DNA of 64,000 bases from Adineta vaga (Eukaryota > Animalia > Rotifera), in the NCBI GenBank assembly GCA_021613535.1, contig CP075495.1, forward strand, positions 11,160,001-11,224,000. Reading direction: 5' to 3'. Of this stretch, positions 26,873 through 39,662 are shown piece by piece. The notes beneath the pieces were generated by a model that had not been told where the DNA came from, did not search any database, and saw nothing but the letters and a program-made list of their open reading frames with translations. Each line of letters opens with the position of its first letter. Within the stretch, counting starts at the first letter, position 1. Both the position numbers and the translations under genes were made by a program.

Positions 26873-29800
26873 ATGGTTAAAGAAACAATACAACAGTCCA
26901 CACCTCCACCAGTAGATTACCTTCTATTCTATGTTAATGGAAAACAAATCATTGAACATCATGTAGAACCTGATTGGACTCTCTTATGGTACCTTAGAAA
27001 TAGTAAGTATAGTATTGTTATTTTTTCAGTTGATGATGATTCGATCTTAAACTTTCATTTATTATTAGAGTTGAATTTAACTGGATCGAAATTAGGTTGT
27101 GGTGAAGGTGGATGTGGCGCTTGTACAGTAATGATATCTCAATGTATGGATCGACATTCGGGTTATCTTGAACATCGAACAGTTAATGCTTGTCTAGCAC
27201 CAATTTGTTCTGTGGATGGTTGTCATATAATAACAGTTGAAGGTTTAGGTTCAGTTGCTAAATCAAATCTTCATCCAGCACAATCACGACTAGCTGAAAT
27301 GTATGGATCACAATGTGGATTTTGTACACCTGGTATTGTTATGTCATTATATGGAACTGTAACATCATCGAATCATCCTCATTCATCATTAACAATGCAA
27401 GATATTGAAGAAGCATTTGATGGAAATCTTTGTCGTTGTACAGGTTATCGACCTATTCTTGATGCTGCTAAATCATTTGCAAAAGATACTAATAAATTAC
27501 CATGTAAAGATTCATTCTCATCATCAAAGCCAACATCAACAACATTGGATAAATGTCTTTCATTCGTGAAAAAACTTGATAAAGAACCTCATCAAATAGA
27601 ATTTCCCAATGAATTACGTCAACATATTCCACAATCAATTCATATTAAAGGTTTAATGATATTTTTGCTTCTCTGATCAAACTATTTTTTCTACATTTAT
27701 ATATACATATATATAGGCTCGATAGTTGAATGGTATCGTCCGATAACTTTGAATGAACTACTTGAACTTCGTTGTACGTATCCAGGTGGTGCATCAAAAC
27801 TCGTTTTTGGTAACACAGAAGTTCAAATTGAAACAAAATTCAAACGTTTAAAATATCCACGGTTTATTTCTGTAACACATGTCGAAGAACTTCAACAAAT
27901 GAAACGTACATCAACAGCTTTAATTATTGGTGCTGGCGTTACCTTAACACGTTTACAAACTAAACTTTCCGAATGGAATGATCAGAAGTTAGATGGTGGC
28001 ATTTGTCAGGCTCTTATTGATCAATTAAAATATTTTGCTTCAACACAAATTCGTAATGTTGCTTCACTTGGTGGTAATATTGTTAATGCTTCACCTATGT
28101 AAAGATTAGTTTTTCTATTCTGTATTTGCCAAACGAAAATTTTTCTATTTCTAGTTCCGATGTTAATCCAGTTCTTCAAGCTGCTGATGCTGTTTTAGAA
28201 TTACATCGTGGTAATCTGATTCTGTTCGGCTTGTTCCTCTACGAGAATTTTTTCTGAGCTATCGTCGTGTGGCAATGACTGATGATGAAGTACTAGTTAG
28301 TATTCATATTCCATTGCCATCAACGAATAAAACATTTATTCGTTCATATAAACAAGCACGTCGACGTGATGATGATATTGGTATTGTTAGTGCTGGTCTT
28401 CATGTTGAACTTGAATCTATAGATTCTACGGATAAACAACAATGGCGTATTGTTTGTGCACGATTTTCATTTGGTGGAATGGGACCAACAACAATCTTAA
28501 CAAAAAAGACAGAACAAGAATTAATTGGACAAACTTGGTCAAAATCAACTATTAATAAAGCATGTGAATTAGCATTGAATGAAATGCCATTGAATGATTT
28601 AACACCTGGTGGTCAACCAGAATATAGGTAAGATATAAGTATAAAAAGATCATAGTTGAATGTTAGAATGTTTCTATTTAGACGTACTTTAGTTCAATCA
28701 TTTTTATACAAGTTTTATGTTTATATTTGTACGGAATTGAATCAATCAAATGTTGATACAAAAGAACTTTCAATTACTCATCCATATCATCGACCTGTTT
28801 CTCATGGTCAACAGATAATTCCAGAACGACCATCATCACAAAAAGTTGTTGGAACATCATTACCTCATCGTTCAGCATATCTGCAAACAACAGGTGAAGC
28901 AAAATATATTGATGATATGCCTTCATTACCTAATACACTTTATGCTGCACTTGTACTTTCAACGCAACCAAATGCTCGAATTAAGAGTATTGGTAAGCTG
29001 ATTTCCTAGCCGCTTGACAAAATCATAATCATACACTTTCATTGTTCTATAGATCTAGGTGCAACTTCGAAAGTGCCTGGTTTTGTTTCATTTACTAATC
29101 ATAAAGATATTCAAGGTGATAATATGACTGGTGATATTGTTCATGATGAAGAAGTCTTTGTTTCATCAATAACTCCATGTGTTGGTGCGGTCATTGGTGT
29201 CGTTCTATGTGAAACAGAACGTGCAGCATATGCTGCTACTAATCTTGTTCAAATTGAATATGAACTTTTAACACCAACTATTTTCACAATTGAAGATGCT
29301 ATTGAACATAATTCATATCTAGGTGATGAACGATGTTTGAAACAAGGTGATGTAGAAAAAGCTCTAACAGAAGCTGAACATACACTTGAAGGAACTATTT
29401 TAATGGGTGGTCAAGAACATTTCTATCTTGAAACAAATTGTTGTATGATTATACCATCCAATGATGATCAAGAAGTTACTATATATTCATCGACACAAAA
29501 TCCAAGTAAAACACAAGAACTAACAGCATTAGCACTTGGTTATGATGTTAGTCATGTTATATGTCATGTTAAACGTATGGGTGGTGGATTTGGTGGAAAA
29601 GAATCAAGATCGTATGTTTAATAAAATAAAATCGATGTCTAATCCTACTTTTTTTCAATTTAGAATTGCTCCATGCATTGCTGCAGCCGTCAGTGCTGTA
29701 AAAGTTGGTCGCCCTGTTCGAATGAATATTGAGCGTGATGTTGATATGAGTGTTACTGGTCAACGTCATCCATTTAAATTGACATATAAAGTTGGTTTTA

Positions 29801-31431
29801 CGAATGAAGGTCAATTTACAGCACTTGATATTCGTTTATGGAGTAATGCAGGATGTTCATTTGATCTCTCACTACCAGTGCTAGAACGCGCAATGCTTCA
29901 TATTGATAATACTTATCGATTTAATAATATACGAGTTCGTGGACGTTTGTGTAAAACACATTTACCATCAAATACAGGTCTGTTTTGTCATCATATTTTA
30001 TTTCATCAAAATCTGATTCGAAATTATTTTATAGCATTCCGTGGTTTTGGTGGTCCACAAGGTCTATTTGGTTGTGAAACAATTGTTGAACATATTGCTG
30101 CCTATCTTAAACTTGATCCTCTTATCATTCGTCGTTTAAATATGTATAAAGAAGGTGATGTAACCCATTTTGGTCAACCATTAGAACGATGGAATATACC
30201 TCGAATGATCGACGAACTTTTAATATCCAGTGATTATCAACAACGACAAAAAACAGTGGAAGAATTCAATCAATTGAATACTTTTAGAAAACGTGGTATT
30301 ACTATTCTTCCAACAAAATTTGGTATTGCATTTACAGCTAAATTTCTAAATCAAGCTGGTGCTCTTGTTCATATCTATAAAGATGGGTCAGTTTTAGTTA
30401 GTCATGGAGGTAAAGAAAATACAAGAGATTACTCACACATCTTCTTTTCTTTTGCTTTCTAGGGACTGAAATGGGTCAAGGACTTCATACAAAAATGATT
30501 TCTATTGCAGCAGAAATTCTAGGATGTGATGTTAATCGAGTACGTATTAGTGAAACAGCAACCGATAAGGTAGCAAATACAAGTCCAACAGCAGCATCAG
30601 CATCATCCGATTTAAATGGTATGGCAATAAAAATTGCATGTGACCAAATTCGTGAACGTTTAAATACACCTTCTTGTTGGTGATGATATCAATATATCAT
30701 GGGAAAATCTTGTTAAAAAGGCATATTTTTCACGTATTGATTTATGTGCACATGGCTTCTATGCTACACCTGAACCATTAGGTGCAGATTTTCTGACGAA
30801 TGAAGCTAATTTTAATTATTTTACACAAGGTGCAGCTGTAACAGAAGTCGAATTAGATACATTAACAGGTGATTGGCATATATTACGTGTTGATATTTTG
30901 ATGGTAAATTCAAGAGAAAGATTTTCATTTCTTTTTCACATTTTTGTTTTCGAATTCTAGGATGTTGGAACATCACTTAATCCTCAAATTGATATTGGAC
31001 AAATTGAAGGTGCTTATGTTCAAGGTGTGGGTTTATTTACAATGGAAGAACTTATTTGGGGTGATCATAATCAACATAAATGGACAAAACCAGGTGCTCT
31101 TTTTACTCGTGGTCCTGGTACTTACAAAATTCCATCCTTCAATGATGTACCACTTGATATGAGAGTAGAATTACTTTCGAATGCAGCTAATCCTCGTGCA
31201 GTTTATTCATCGAAAGCAATTGGTGAACCACCTCTATTTCTTGGTGCTGCAGCATTTTTTGCACTTCGAAATGCTTGTATGGCTTATCGAGAACAACAAG
31301 GTTATAAAGAATATTTTCCTTTAAATTCTCCAGCTACTGTGGAACGTCTTCGTATGGCATGTGCTGATGAATTTACTCAACGAGCATGTATTCAACAACA
31401 TGAAACATTTCAAGCAAAAGGTTCTTATTAA
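26873..31431 (+). CDS. XDH: Xanthine dehydrogenase/oxidoreductase (multi-exon)
   Basis: Fe-S motifs [39 protein letters not shown] domain [21 protein letters not shown]. Moco domain [36 protein letters not shown], with the XDH-type Glu/Arg/Glu retained. Apparent 1-nt indels near 28213 and 30670. Confidence 0.96.
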
Positions 31432-32528
31432 TGACTTTTATCTTTCGATTTTTCCTAGTTCTTTACCAATAAAATGATTGCGTAATGATATAAAAACTAA
31501 AAGTATAATCTTCTTCTACCATCATTCATCTTGCACAAGTATAGTACAAAGAAAAACGAAACTGTAAAAATTTTTTTCGAATCATTTTCGGTTTCATATT
31601 TCAATGTTTATCAATGGAGCTATTATAACGATAAACAACAAACTTTAATTATTTATCCACCTGGTAAAAGAATATCTTTACGATTGATATTACCTATACA
31701 CAAAACATATTCACATGATGAATGTCAAGTTTAACCATGTAGGTTTTAGTAAAAACAAAAAGTAATATCTATCGATAGAATTCAATATGTTCATAGTATA
31801 AAGACAAAAAGAAAACACTTTTCTTAGTATATTTACAAAGGCAATTCATTCAAGAAATAATTAGCGCTGTCTTCGTATTCTTTCGAATGAGACAAACGAT
31901 TGTTTACGTTTGAATGATTTTGAATGACGATGTCACACGTAAAATGTAGTTTACAATGATAATTTCAATAGAAATATTAGTTTTCCTTTTGTTGTATGTT
32001 ATTCAATCAATTAATTATATCAAATAATTCTAAATTATTACACTACATAAAAGAATTTTGCCAAGACAAGCAGATTGAAAAGAAAAATATTGTTTTACGT
32101 TAACTATTATAGTTGAATAGAAAGTCCTTGAGATTTAAAATCAACAAAAAATATTTCTAATTAACTTCTAATGATGTATAAATTGTAACATTCAAACTAA
32201 TGAAAAACATACCTGTAGCAAGAACACGCGAGAAAGAGTGGTAGTAGGTGTTCTTTCATAACATCAAATCATCGTGTTTCGATATGTATGCGTATGTATA
32301 TATATATATACTTTTTTTTTTACAAATATAAGTTATCGTTGACCAATGTATAATGATGAAGAAACAGGCAAAACTTTGTTAATAATAAATGATCGTTCTT
32401 TTCCTTCTTCTTCTCTCTACTGATACTTGTATTCAAGTTTTTTTTTTCATTTTATTTCTCATTAGTTATAAATAATATTGTCTATTGATAACATATTGAA
32501 TACGTCGAAACAAATATATTGTTTTAAC

Positions 32529-34770
32529 ATGCAATTCCTTTTGTGTATGTACATAGTGAGTCTTTCAATTTTTTCTGTAATAACAACAACATCTTCAAAT
32601 TTAACGGCAAATTTCAACATAACAATCAGAGCACCTTATACAATATCATCACCTCTTCCAATACCATATGTATATATATATATATATAGATATTGTCTTT
32701 ATTCTTCATATAAATCTTCTTCATTTTGTCTCTTAGAAATCGGTGCATGTACAATATACAGTACCAAATGATAAAGATCAATGGAATATCAGTAATATTG
32801 TTTTCCTTGCCAAAGAATACATATGATATCTTTTCAATTGAGACTGATGACCGTGAAAAATAGTGATATACCGTTAGAATAGAATCATTTCATGCATATT
32901 GCCCTAAATTGATACGGTTTTTCGATATGCCCTATGTTTCTTAAGTTTCACTTAGTGCTAGGAAATCTTTCTTTGATAATTGTTTTAGTTTCTATTGAGC
33001 CATTGATTCTAAAAGCAAACCGTACAATTCGACAATTAAGTGTTCATATTTGTCAGTTTACGAATAAGGTCTATCTTCAAAAGTCAATTTGGTAATTAAA
33101 AACGGATATTTTGGAAATCAACAAATCTCAATATAACTTGTATCATTATTATAGGTATGATGATCAGACAATTTGTCGTGGTGGTTCATCGATGTTAATC
33201 TATCACTGGGCAGCACTTTCAATAGGAACTTCTTTTCGAGGACTGAATGGTAAGATTAAATTACTTATTCACCTAGTGATATTTTTCTATGTAAATGAAA
33301 TTTTAGATCTTGGCATTCAAATAGATAAATCAAAGTCAATTGTACTTACTGTCACTTATGTTCACGAACAATATGTGCATAAAGAACAGCCAGGCGTTGT
33401 ATTACATATCTCGACTCTCATGTATGTTTGATTTCCTTCAAATAGTAATGTACTCTTCAGATTTTACGACTTTATTTTATCAGATATATATTTATTGATT
33501 TGTAACCTAGCAGAGTTTTATTGAATTCAGCTTTTTGATAAAATAGTGTAACTAAAAATAATACTTTTTCATATATCTGATAACCTGAATGCTATGTTGA
33601 TTTCTTATCTCATTTATAATCTGTTTTATAAACGAAAAGTAAGACTATGATGATATACGATGATATCAATTAATTATTTTCGACATTTGTTTTTTGAAAC
33701 TATACTGAAATATTCACCTGTGTATATCAATGCAATTCTTTCAGGTGATCAAGAAAAAACGATCAACTAAAGATTTTTAGAATATATTTATGTGTTTATC
33801 TATTTGTACTTTATAGACCGCGATTCCATCTAGCTTCATTAACAGTTGGAAATAAATATCGAGCAACACGTAAATATCATTGATTGTTGGAAATAAGAAA
33901 ATTGATCAATATTATTTTCAAGGTTTTTCATGCCGTGTATTGAATTATCCACGTTTATTATATTCAATAAAACCATTATTTCCCAAAACGAAACGCACAT
34001 GGTGGCGTATTTATGTAATACGTAATCGTAGTTTTGGTCGAAAACTTGTTCAATTTGTACTCGATTCAACAATGTTCTTAAATAAAAATAGAACGGAGAT
34101 GGAAATTCTTTCATCAGACATATTTCTTATATCTGGAGATTATATCATTGTCGAATGTGATGATCATGATCAAGATTCAAATTGTAATTTTTTGATTTTT
34201 TATGTATACAAAAATGTGAATTATAAATCATCGATTGAAAATGTTCATAGCTGTAAACACAATAGTTATCCTGATTTATTCAAGTTTGTTTTATTCAATT
34301 TTCTGCTCTTCTTATTCAATGTTTTTTTGTCTTATGATTAGATTAATACCAACAAAAGCATCACTTTCAACGATGACCGTTCCACCAATGATGTCTAATG
34401 TAGATTCAAGCACAGGTAATAATTATATCGATTTTGTTTTTACATAAAAATGTTTCTTTTCTTCTATTGATTATTTAGTATTTCTACTGATCTGTTTGTT
34501 ATTATTTATTATTTGGATATCGATAATTGTCGGTTGTGTAATAATGCGTAAGCAATAGATATTTTATTTAGGTATTTACTTAGTATGATATATGTAGGTC
34601 GTATACGTGGATTAGTTAATTTTCGTACGGAACCATTCGGTTTAATTGGCGCTCAACCAACAAAAGCAATGTATGATCGAAGAGCGAATGATGCCGGACA
34701 ACAAAAATTAGCGGCCGAAGCAGATCATATAGCTCAATTGGATATTGAACATATGGGTTTAATGAGTTGA
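32529..34770 (+). CDS. PHM/copper type II monooxygenase-fold type I membrane protein lacking metal ligands
   Basis: Signal peptide. Motif order RQLSVHIC, ICRGG..LIYHWA, SIVLTVTY, PGVVLHI, GDYIIVEC, NCNFLIFY resembles PHM. C-terminal TM segment VFLLICLLLFIIWISIIVGCVI. Confidence 0.55.
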
Positions 34771-34849
34771 TAAAATCATTTTATTTATTTCTCTTTTTTT
34801 TTGAAGATAGTTATTACATGTGTATAATATAATGATTTTTTTCTCATAT

Positions 34850-36034
34850 TCAATAGAGAGTAGGACCAGCTAATGATTCGATCCAAGATTTATAAGCTGA
34901 GAGACGTGTATAAACACCACCATCACCACATCCTATACCCCAAGAAGTTAAACCAGCAAGAACATATCGACCACTTCGTGATGCATCAGCAACCACAAAT
35001 GGACCACCAGAATCACCCTATAGAATTAGTTATGTTTGAGAGAAACAGTAAAGATTATCTCTTACTTGACAAGCACCTTTTCTACTTCCACCTGAACATA
35101 TTTGATTTGCTGTATTGATCATATTTGCTGAATAACGTGCTTTACAAGAACTATCCGTTAATACTGATGTTGCGACTTCACTTTTATAACGTAGTAAACC
35201 ACACTACCTGAAAATGATTCAATACGCTTTATCTTTCAAGAAATTCTTATTCGAATGTTTTCTTACCATAAGCTGCTGCACCCCATCCAGTAGTAATGCC
35301 AGTTTCACCTGCAAATGTTTGAGTAGCAGTAGGAAAACAAACAGGCATATAATATTCAGTATATGGTTCGACTTTTGACTAAATACAAGATAAAATATCT
35401 AATAAACAAAAATATCTTCTTACTGATAATTTCATCAAGGCAATATCATGTGTAAAAGTTGAACCAACATATGATGGATGAACAATGACACTTTCAACTG
35501 TTCGTGTAATAACCCATGAATCAGATATTGATCGATCATGTAAACCAAAAACAATGCGATAGATATTTGGAGTTAGATTCCTAAATCAAAATAATTAATT
35601 GTAAAAGTAATTTATTCCAATCACCTACCCAGATACGCAATGAGCTGCAGTAACAATCCATTGATCATTAATCAATGATCCACCACAGATATGATTTCCA
35701 TTGCGTTGCATAGAAATCTAAGATTCACCTGTAAAAAGAAACAAATTCTTTCATTAAACTCACTTGCCATGGCCTAGAAAGAATAAAAAAAGATTAAGTA
35801 ATGTATAAAAATTCAACTACAATAATTCTTACCAATCACCTCGTGTTGATACTTTACCACCAACTATTCTCGATGAAGCATTCGGTGCAGTAATCAACGG
35901 ACGAAGACCACAAGTATCTAACCAAGTAATTATAGAAATTTAATTCGAAAGTGTTAAAATATACCTTTCGAATATTCTTTAGCAAAGGTGAATTGTCCTA
36001 AAACTGCTAATATAACAGCAAGTTTGCCCAACAT
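34850..36034 (-). CDS. Secreted S1 serine protease with Gly at S1 position 189 (absent from the ORF track)
   Basis: [13 protein letters not shown] signal, [63 protein letters not shown]. One apparent 1-nt deletion near 35200. Confidence 0.9.
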
Positions 36035-36722
36035 TCTTCTCCGTATGCTTAGATGGCTAATCGCGTATTCTTAACTGATATCTTGTTGAGAAAAATATAA
36101 TAAAAATAAAAATAAAAATCTATGATGAGAATATTTCTCAGCTGTAAGATGATCAAAATACGACAATATGCACTTTTTTCTCTATTTTGTTTTTATTAAT
36201 ACACGACTTTAGTTGGATAAAATACTCAATCGATTGATTTCTTATCATATTGATGTCCTATGTGTTTTTAATCAATAATTTCAAAGATAAATATTTTAGG
36301 TTTAGATTTACAGTCAAATATTGTCGATTGATTTGACAAATTTCTGTGAATCTTGTAATTGAATTAAGTATTTCTTTAACATTTCAATAAAAATGTTTAA
36401 TTTGAAAATGTTGCCGTCAATCCACTAATCATCGATGACATTTCTTTTCATTAGGAAAAAAAAATACAAGACAAATAAATTTACAAGAAAACGTGTTATA
36501 CACATGTTATAGTTTTGTTCATGACATATATAAGAATAACCGGCTTGATTGATAATCTTCTATTAGACGATGGATAAATTCATCAAGCGATTTTGAATTC
36601 ATTTGGATTGAAGAGAATTTCATAATTGGTTCTTTTGAATAAAGATATACAATTGATATCTTAACTTATATCTATATCACAAATGAATTATAAACATGGG
36701 TATATCATTTAATCAAAAACAA

Positions 36723-38071
36723 CTAAGATACCGATGATTGAAGCTGATTAATAGCTCGTTGAATTTCATCAATATCGTCGCTTTGTTTTTCTAACTCTTT
36801 TCGAATATGAAGTGCTTTTTCTAATAATTCAAGAGCTTGTTGTTTTCTTCGATGCACCATATGAATAAGAGCTGAACGAAATGCATATGTTGCCCAATCA
36901 AGTGTATTATCCGGTGTACATATCATGGCATTTTGAAAACTTTCTAAAGCACCATATAAATCACCCTTATCTGCTAATGATGTTGCTAATCGAGCATGAC
37001 CATAAGCAGTTTCAATCTGTTCGTTCATTGGTGTTAATGCAATTGAAAGACCAGCTAAATTCGATGCGATCGTTTCATCATTTTCCACCGTTCCCTTACG
37101 TTTACTAACAACACGTCGAATAGAACAACGATTTTTCGCTTTATAAGTTAATAATAATTGTTCGATTTCATCATCTGTTTTGCGATCAAATGGCTTTTGT
37201 TGTGCACGATTATGTTGAAGGACATCAAGTACACTTGGTCGCATTTCTTGACCTCCATCAACATCAGCTTTACATTGTTGAAGTAATTTTTCGACGAGTT
37301 TTAAATTACGACGCGCAACAGCATAATGTAGACAAGTATCGCCAAATTTATCCTAAAAAGAAAAACAGTCTTATAGAATCATATATCATGATGAAATTTA
37401 ATAGAAATTACTTCTAAATTACAATTATTAATATTCATTTCAATTAAATAATCTAAGCATTTTAAAGATTCATGTTGACATGCTAGCATAAAGACAGTTA
37501 AACCATTTCTTTCTGTTAGAACTAATGCACGGCAACATTGTTCATGTATCTTCGTGATTTGTTCGTCAGGAATGGGTTTTACTTGCGGATGAAATCGAAG
37601 TGTCAATGCTTTGAGCATTTCGACGTCATCCCTTTCCACAGCATAATGAGCGGCTGTATAACCGTCATAATCCTGTGCACAAGTGTCACATCCCCGTAAC
37701 AACAAGAGACGAACCCAAATATATTGATAAGCATGAATGACCAATATGTGTAGTACGGACTAAGAAAAAGAGATCAAATTAACAAACAAAAAAGATATAC
37801 TTTTTCATGGATAAAAATTTCTTACCTGGCCATGATCATTTCTCATTCGAATGATATCATTATGATAGATATCTAATGAACGGCGGAATGCATCAAAATT
37901 CCCGTGCCTGAGCATGGAGAATATATCTGAGGGCACGTTTGTTGGTGGTGAATAGAGTATAGATCCACATACACTCTGATGGTATACTTGTGTATTTGGA
38001 TTATTAGTTGTTGTGGTGGCTTGAATTAAGTGATTAACATCTGACGAGAGAATTCGATCTGCAACGGACAT
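36723..38071 (-). CDS. Ankyrin-repeat protein with C-terminal TPR-like helices
   Basis: DGYTAAHYAV, NGLTVFMLAC and FGDTCLHYAV ankyrin motifs; GDLYGALESFQNA and QALELLEKALHIR TPR-like segments. Apparent missing A near 37288. Confidence 0.8.
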
Positions 38072-39662
38072 GTGATGATCTAAGAATAAAACAAGTGTTC
38101 ATCTATTTAATCGAAATAAAGTTCTTACCTTCGTTTGATTGGCTTTCATTATTATCGAAGCGCAAACGCTTATGTTCCATCTGTTCTGAAGCAAGTAAAA
38201 AAAAGAAAGAGAAAAAAGAAAGAGAAAAAGGAAGAAAAAAAAATCAATCGTGTTGTACCTCCTCCACAATTAAAACATGGTATTACCCCCAAAAAATTTC
38301 ATTTTTCTCGCTTTCGATTTTTTTCTAATCATGTGCGGTTAACTTTATACAGAATTCTATTTTATGAATTGTTTATATATACCAAACAACATCTATCAAT
38401 GATTCATTTCAAATGGGATTTCACTTAATAGGAGAGAATAGGAAAATCCAAATGATGTAATATGGGTAAATACAAAGGACAATAAAAAAGAACACATTCT
38501 GATTCATTTCAATAGAAATGGCTATGACTAATGAGATAACTAATACAACTAAATTTTACAAATATAACGCATCGTAATTAAAGGTGTTTCCTTTTGATTT
38601 ATCCTACGATTAAATATTTTAGTCAAACGTCACATGCTGTCTTAATTTAATATGACATATTCTAGTTATCATATAGCTAGAAGCTGTTTTTATGGAGAAA
38701 CTATTGAAAATATTTTGATGAAAAATAGAACATGAATGTTTGCTCTTTTTTTTAACGATAAGCTTTCTATCGATTTTGTTCTTATTGTCCTTTGTCTTTT
38801 TTCTTTTCATTGATCGGTTGTAAGTAAAGAGAAAAAAACGTCAATGGTTGTTCGCTAAATGTTATATGCTATCGGCAGGAGTGAAAAAAAAAGAGGAACT
38901 GCAGAAAGAAAAAAAAACATTTTTCGTCAGGTTTAGCAAATATTTTGATAAGAATCTCGACCGTTTAATCATTATTTTTTCGTCATATTTCACTTCCTTT
39001 CTTTCTTTTTGAACTTCGAATGTCAGCCTCTATTGACGAGAGAAACATTCGAATTTGGTTTTGATGTCGTATCTCATTACCTTATCAATTACATGAAAAT
39101 GATGTGCTTTTTTACCTTGAATTCAAATGTACTTTTCAATGCGAAAAAGATATAATTGACGTATAATTTTACTCTACAGGTTACTTATTCGCAACGATTG
39201 ACGTGTACCTCATTATTTATCTGAGCTTGAAAAATAACGACCAAGGAAAAATCAAAGCAAAATATCTTCCATGTGATTAAATATCATCTTTCTATAACAG
39301 AAGCATTTAAAAGAAGAAAGAAAAAAGGAAGTATTTTCAAGCTATCATGACGCTTCTTTTTTTTCCCTTTTGACATCTAATAATGAATAATCGTTATAAA
39401 CAAGAGGAAAAAACACGATAAGTTTGAAGTATGGAAGCACAAATACAGTGAGAGTGAGAATGAGAAAGGAAGATAATAAACAAAAACAATGCACAATAAA
39501 GACAAGAAAAAAAAATTTCACAATGAATAGATGTAGAATACAGCTGTTATAGGCAAAAATAAGCCTGAGTAAATGAGTGAAATAAATAAGTTTATCTGGT
39601 ACGTTTATATTGCACACGTACAAAACTAAACACACACTCACGAATAAATATTCTCATCATCA

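Noticed and set aside
28200-30690. Two frameshifts in XDH (near 28213 and 30670) suggesting a pseudogene or programmed frameshifting
   Set aside because: Catalytic motifs are intact, and similar single-base indels appear in unrelated genes (near 9340, 35200, 37288, 52405, 55191). Consensus/assembly error is the simpler explanation; raw reads would decide.
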